DNA of 64,000 bases from Mustelus asterias (lineage: Eukaryota). The position numbers and the translations under genes were made by a program. The notes beneath the pieces are model-generated. The model had not been told where the DNA came from. It saw only the letters and a list, made by a program, of their open reading frames with translations, and made no database searches. Location: positions 62,001 to 126,000 of the forward strand of contig NW_027590226.1 in NCBI RefSeq assembly GCF_964213995.1. Direction: 5' to 3'. Of the stretch, positions 57,940 to 64,000 are shown one piece after another (the first letter of the stretch is position 1; each line of letters starts with the position of its first letter).

Positions 57940-58500
57940 CATTTCCCCCGACTCTCTGCGCTTTTCCCTGGCTCTCTGCTATTCCCTGTGGCTCCTTTCC
58001 CCTTTCACCTGGCTCTCTACACTTCCCTCCAGCTCTGTCCCCTCTCCCCCGGCTCCCTGCCCTTTCCCTCAGCTCCCTACCCTTTCCCCCGGCTCTTTGC
58101 CCGATGTCCCTGCTCCCTATCCACTTTCCCCTTTCCCCTGGCTCTCTGCCCTTTCCCCCTGACTCTCTGCCTTTCCCCTTGACTCTCTGCCCTTTCCTCT
58201 GGGCTATCTTGTCCTTTTCCTCGGCTCTCTGTCCTTTCCCCGGCCTCCCTGCCCTTTATCCTGGCTCTCTCCTCTTTCCCTGATTCTCTGCCCTTTCACC
58301 TGGCTCCCTGCCCTTTCTATTAGCTCTCTGCCCTTTCTTCTGGCTCTCTGCGCTTTCTCCTGACTCTCTGCCCTTTCCCGGCTCTCAGCCCTGTTGCCCG
58401 GCTGTGGGCCCATTCCCCAGGCTCTCTGCCCTTCCCCCCCGGCTCTCTGCCCTTTAACACGCCTCCTGTTCTCCCCGGCTCTTTCCCATTGTCCTTGGCC
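57940..58500 (-). repeat. Degenerate 20-bp minisatellite, same family as 20921-21360, G-rich on the IgM sense strand
   Basis: (ccccggctctctgccctttc)-like units on the plus strand. Confidence 0.85.
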
Positions 58501-58619
58501 CTGAGCCCCCAGGGATTCCCCCCAGCTCTCCACATTCGCAGGGCAGCTCCCACATTTGAACACCAAACTGCCGCTTAAGATCTTTCTTCTCTCTCATTGC
58601 AGACCTCCACACACAGGTT

Positions 58620-60105
58620 TAGCGAGTGTGAGTGAGAGAATGTGAGTGCGTGCGGGTGAGTGATTGAAGGAGTGAGAGTGGATGAGTGATGGTGTGTGAG
58701 TGACGGAAGGTGGGTAAGTGAGGGTGAGTGAGTGAAGTTCTTTCAGTGAGGATGAGTGATTGAGGGTGAGTGAGTGAGTGTGGGTGCGGGTGAGAGAGCG
58801 TGAGTAAATGATGGTGTGTGAGAGAGGGTGGGTGAGTGAAGGTGGCTTAATGTGTGAGTGAAGGTGGGTGAGTGAGTGTCGGTAAGAGAGAATGAATGAG
58901 GGTGAGTGAGTGAGGATGCGTGAAGGTTAGTGAAGGTGGGTGAGTGAGAGCGAGTGAATGAGGGTGAGGAGTGAATGTGACTTAGTAAGTGAGGGTGAGA
59001 GAGTGAGTGAGTCAGGGTGTGTTATTGAGGGTGGTGTGTGAGGGAGAATGAATGCGGATGGGTGGATGAGTGAAGGTGAGTGAGTAAAGGTGTTTGACTG
59101 AGGATGAGTGATTGAGGATCTGTGAGTTAGGGTGGGTGAACGTGAGTGATGGTGAATATGTGAGGGTGTGTGAGTGAATGTAGGTGCGTGAGTCTCAGTG
59201 AGTTTGAATGGGTCAGGTGGCGTACGTGAGAGAGAGAGGGTAATTGAGCTTGAGTGTGTGGGGGTGCGTCTGGGTGAGTGAGGGTGGGTAAGTGGGGAGA
59301 GTGAGTGAGGGTGAGTGAGAGTGATTGAGACTGGATGAGTGAGGGAGGGTAAGTGCGGTGAGTGAGTGAGAGTGATTGAGACTGGATGAGTGAAGGTGGG
59401 TAAGTGGGGTGAGTGAGGGTGAGTGAGAGTGAGTGAGACTGGATAAGTGAGGGTGGATAAGTGGACTGAGTGAGTGAGAGTGAGTGAGACTGGGTGAGTG
59501 AGGGTGGGTTAGTGGGATGAGTGAACGAAGGTGACTATGAGTGTTGGTGAGTGACTGAGGCTCTGAGTGAGTGACTGAGGGTTAGTGAGTGAGGTTGAGT
59601 GAGTGATAGCGTGTGAGTGTGGGTGACTGAGTGACAGTGAGTGAATGAGAGTGTGTGAGGGCGAGTGAGTGTGAGTGAGTGAGTGCTGGTGAGTGAATGA
59701 GGGTGTGAATGTGAGTGAATGAGGGTGAGTGAGTGAGGATGGGTGAGAGTGAGAGAGCGAATGTGTGTGAGTGATTTTGAGTGAGTGAGGGTGTGAGGGT
59801 GAGTGACTCAGGGTGAATGAGGATCAGTGAGTTTCTGAGGTTGAGTGCGTGAAATTGAGTGTGTGAAGTTGAGTGTGTGAGGTTGAGTGTGTGAAATTGA
59901 GTGTGTGAGGGTGGATGAGTGAGCAAGAGTGAGTGAGTTGGGATGAGTGAGTTGGGATGAGTGAGTTGGGATTTGTGAGTGGGGATGAATGAGTGAGAGT
60001 GTGTCAGCGAGGGAAGGTGGGTAAGTGAGGGTGAGTGAGTCAAGTTCTTTGAGTGAGGATGAGAGATTGAGGGTGAGTGAGGAAGTGTGGGTGAGGGCGA
60101 GAGAG
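58620..60105 (+). repeat. (gtga)n / gagtgaggg low-complexity tract
   Basis: Directly visible. Confidence 0.9.
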
Positions 60106-60706
60106 TCAGTGGGCCACCTCCACCTCTTCCTCTCCATCGATCTTTTCCCGATTCTCCACATTGATCAGCTTTCAGTAACACGGATGTGTAAATCACCAGG
60201 CAGCTGCTTTAATGTCGGTGTCTTTCTTCAAGAAACACGTACCAGTGAACAAATAGTCAGACTGAGGGAGCTGTAGGGAAGCTTACAGCAAAACTAGGAT
60301 GGGTCGCACAGGAATCAACCAGTATTGGGAGCCAGGCGGCCATGGTCTCAGCCAATTCCCTTTTTATTTTTTGGGTTTTTGTGTCCGGTGTAACACATGG
60401 AAATTCCTACTTCTGACCTCATGTTGGATGGAATGTCACTGTTGAAGCAGTAGAAGATTGTTGGTCCAAGAACAGTCCCCTGCCGACATCCTGCAGTGAA
60501 ATCTGAACTTAGATGTTTGACCTCCAACCACCAATACCATGTTGCTTTGTGCTAAGTATGACTCCAAACAGAGAAGAATTTCCCGCCGATTCTTATTGAC
60601 TTGAGTTTTACTCGGGCCCCTTGATCCCACCCTCATTCAAATGCTACCGGGGTGGGGGTGGGGGAGGGGGGAGTCGGGGGGGGCGTCGGGGGGGGGGGGG
60701 TGCGTT

Positions 60707-61014
60707 GGCACGGTGGCACAGTGATTAGCGCTGCTGCCTCAGAGTTGGATTCCCGACTTGGGTCACTGTCTGTGTGGAGTTTGCAAGTTCCCCCCGTGTC
60801 TGTTTGGGTTTCCTTAGGGTGCTCCTGTTTCCTCCCACAGTCCAACGATGTATGGGTTCGGTGGATTGGCCGTGCTAAAATTGCCCCTTAGTGTCAGGGG
60901 GACTAGTTAGGGTAAATACATGTGGTTATGGGGATAGGGCTTTGCTGGGATTGCTGTTGGTGCAGACTCGATGGGCTGAATGGCTTCCTTCTGCACTGTA
61001 GCATCCTATGATTC
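60707..61014 (+). mobile_element. HE1-type SINE
   Basis: ggcacggtggcacagtg head, V-domain, ctatgattcta tail. Confidence 0.8.
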
Positions 61015-61059
61015 TACTCTATGGTGTCAAGGACAGACACTCTGACGTATGTGAGACCG

Positions 61060-61062
61060 AAA

Positions 61063-61093
<31 letters not shown>

Positions 61094-61659
61094 CGATAGA
61101 GGGAGAGAGAGATAGAGGGAGAGATAGATAGAGAGAGAGAGAGAGAGAGAATGTGTGTGTGAGGATTCCTGTGTATGATAGAATGCGTTTGCACGTGTGT
61201 GAGACAGTGGGCTGTGCGTGCAAGAGGGGAGAGTGTGCGTGAGAGAAGGGGTGTGTGAGATAATGTGTGTGTGTGAGACAGAATGTGTGTTTGAAGAATT
61301 ATTCTTTGTGTGTGAGAGTGTGTCTCTTCTTGAAAATGTATGTGTGTGGAGGGGCGGGGAGAGTGTGTGTGGGGAGTCTGTGTGAAAGAGTACTTCTGTG
61401 TGTGATGGTGTGTATGTTGATGTGAAAGGGAGTGTGTCTATTTGAGATACACGATGTCTGTGAAAGAGAGTGTGTGTGCCTGAGAGGGAGGTTATGTGTG
61501 AGGGAGAGTGTTGTGTTCATGTGAAAGACAGTGTGTGTGAGAGGGAGTGCCTATTGGAAAGCAAAATAATATGTTCATCAGTGTGTGACACTGTGCATGG
61601 GATGGCGTGTGAGTGAGAAAGATGTGTACAATGTGTGTGGATGACAGAAGCAATGTGGG

Positions 61660-61710
<51 letters not shown>

Positions 61711-62740
61711 GAGGGGCGGGGAGAATGTGTGTGAGCGAGAAAAAGTGTGAAACTTAGACAGAGTGGATGCGTGAGTGTGTGTGAGTGAATTGACTGTTGA
61801 GAGAACATGTGTCTGTGATAGGTGGAGTGTTTAAAGAGAGATACATTGTATATACATGTGTGTCCGTGTGTAAGAGAAGGAGAGACTGTGTGCGAGATTG
61901 TGTGCGTGTGAAAGGGAGGGTGTTTGTGAGAGACAGTGTTTGAGAGCAAGATTGTGCGTGTGTGAGACAATGTGTAAGGGAGTGAGCGGGTGAAAGAGAG
62001 AGAAATATGTACCTGTGTGAGAGAATGCGTGTGCAAGTGTCCGTATGAGTGAGAGCATGGGAATGTGTGTGAGACGAAGTGAGAGTGTACGGAAGAGGGA
62101 ATGTGAGAGGGATAGTGCATGTGTGTGTGTGAGAGAGAGAATGTGTGCGCGAGACTGTGCTTATGTGAGAGACCGTGTCTGTGTGTAAGAGTGTGTGTTA
62201 GAGTGTGTGCATGTTCTATGTTTGTGAGAGAGTGTTTGTGAGAGAGCCAGTGTGTGAGAGCAAGAATGTAGAGGTGTGAGATAGTGTGCGCAAGAGAAAT
62301 AGAAATATGTGCGTGTGTGTGTGTGAGAGAGAGAGATGCGTGTGCAAGAGGAATTGTGAGAGAGCGTGTGAAGAAATGTGAGACAGCTTGAGCGTGTGTG
62401 ACAGAGAGTGGAAGAGAGAGAGTCCATGTGAGAGTGCGTGCGCGAGAGTGTGAGACTGTGCTTATGTGAGAGTGTGTGTCTGTGTGTAAGAGAGAATGGG
62501 TGGGTGTGTGGGGATGTGAGCGCTTTTGTGTATGGGGATGTGAGAGATTGATGGAGAGAGCGAGACGATGTATGTATTTGTATTGAGAGAGTGTATGTGT
62601 AACGTGAGAGAGAGAATGTGTATGGGTGTGTAAGAGAGACCGTATGAGAGAGAAAGTAAGTGTGAGTATGTATGTGTGTGTGTGTGCATGTGTGAGAGAA
62701 TATGAGAGTATTTATGTGTGTGAGAGTGTGTGATGTGTAT
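61060..62740 (+). repeat. Degenerate (GT)n/(GA)n tract with internal duplications
   Basis: Directly visible. Confidence 0.9.
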
Positions 62741-63019
62741 AAGTCTCTATTTGGCTGATTCAGTCTGGAAAACACACTCACTCCACACATACTCACCCAT
62801 TCACACAGTAAGTGGGAGTGACAAGTGAGCACAATACGGAGCGCGGGCCAAGGGTTGGAAAAACATTTAAATCTTTCGCAATCAGTCGCAATTGAATAAT
62901 TCACCCTACTCAATGAGGGAAACCTGTAAAAACTCAAGAAATTTGACACAATCCAGGGCAAAGCCACCCACAAGATTATCCGCCCCCTCATTCACCCTAT
63001 TCTCTCTCTCCATCACTAA

Positions 63020-63350
63020 CAAGCAGTGACAGCAGTGTGTGTTATATACAAGATGCACTGCAGCAACTCACCAAGGCTCCATAGTAAACACTGTCCAAAC
63101 CCGTTGCCTTTATATCCTAACAGGATAAGGGCAGCAGCCACATATGAAGACTACCACCTGCAAGCTCCCCTCCAAGACACACACCATCCTGACTTGAAAC
63201 AGTACCTCAGTTCCTTCTGGGTCAAAATCCTGGAACTTCCACCTAACAGCACGGCGGATGCCTGCAGCATATGGATTGCAGTTATTCAAGGATGCTTCAT
63301 ATCAACACTTTCTCAAGGAACAATTATTGATGATTAAAACTTCTGGCCGA
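63020..63350 (+). mobile_element. Old LINE 3'-end fragment
   Basis: AVCVIYKMHCSNSPRL... and ...SWNxLP-like blocks resembling a common shark LINE. Confidence 0.55.
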
Positions 63351-64000
63351 GCAAATGACTCTAAAATGGGTTTAGAAGATTAAAAATAAGATGCAAATGA
63401 ATTTGACCCTTCAACTGTCATACCAAACAGGTCATGGACTGCTTTACTACGGAGCACAATCTCACTTTGCATTTGCTCATCGAACATTCCCAAGGCCGGT
63501 ACATCACTGGTTAAAAATCATCCAAACCTCCCTCTACAATCTGACGTTTCTGCTCTCTCTGATGGTCACAATATGCTTTAGGGATCTCATTTCTGAGACG
63601 CCGAGACAAACATCAAGTCAAACTGTCACATTTCTCACAGATACAAGTTTATTGAAGAAATAAATCAAATTTCACTCCCTGAAATACAGCAGAAGGAACC
63701 AGAAGTTTTACAACCAGTCAGGCAGATTCCTGGTCCCAACACAGTGACCACGCGCGCAGAAACAGAACAGACACAAACGGTGCAACAATCGATTTCCCAG
63801 CAGGTAGGTATGATCAATCTGTCAATTTAATTCAAACTGTTTGATTCTAATTGATCAATGATCAATTTACAACAGAAAATCAATAACCTCTTTTAAATAA
63901 AACTGAAATTCATTTCAAAACTCCTGTCGATTTTTAATTATGTCTCTCTGCCTGTCTCACTTCTCGAAAACTATGTAAAAATGTAATTTCGCTGAAAATT

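Noticed and set aside
59582-62991. His/Thr/Ser/Leu-rich ORFs
   Set aside because: Translations of (CA)n/(TCAC)n low-complexity DNA.
63740-63779. CACAGTG + 24 nt + ACACAAACG as a JH recombination signal
   Set aside because: The adjacent sequence does not encode WGxGT..VTV and has no splice donor; JH probably lies beyond the window.

Overview
Vertebrate genomic DNA, almost certainly from a shark: it has HE1/V-SINEs, shark-type CR1 LINEs and elasmobranch-type IgM constant exons. There are two assembly gaps (19088-19274, 42153-42555). From left to right: (1) a decayed C2H2 zinc-finger gene and nested CR1/hAT insertions; (2) a ~33-kb inverted duplication (arms ~9247-23630 and 34019-~41780, roughly 97-98% identical by eye in the inner part) centred on a full-length class I (epsilon/gamma-like) endogenous retrovirus. 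The provirus has intact pol and env, an internally deleted gag, LTRs about 5% diverged, no target-site duplication, and a 2H-phosphoesterase-like (two HxT) domain between protease and RT; (3) an intact full-length CR1 present in the left arm only; (4) a TATA promoter with first exons of an unidentified gene, a 56-bp tandem array with a CACAGTG heptamer in each unit, a rearrangement scar, and a Tx1/CR1 in-frame chimeric LINE; (5) the four Cmu exons and secretory tail of an IgM heavy-chain cluster, with no TM exons found downstream and a G-rich minisatellite in the J-C intron. All identities, counts and family calls were made by eye, without database searches.
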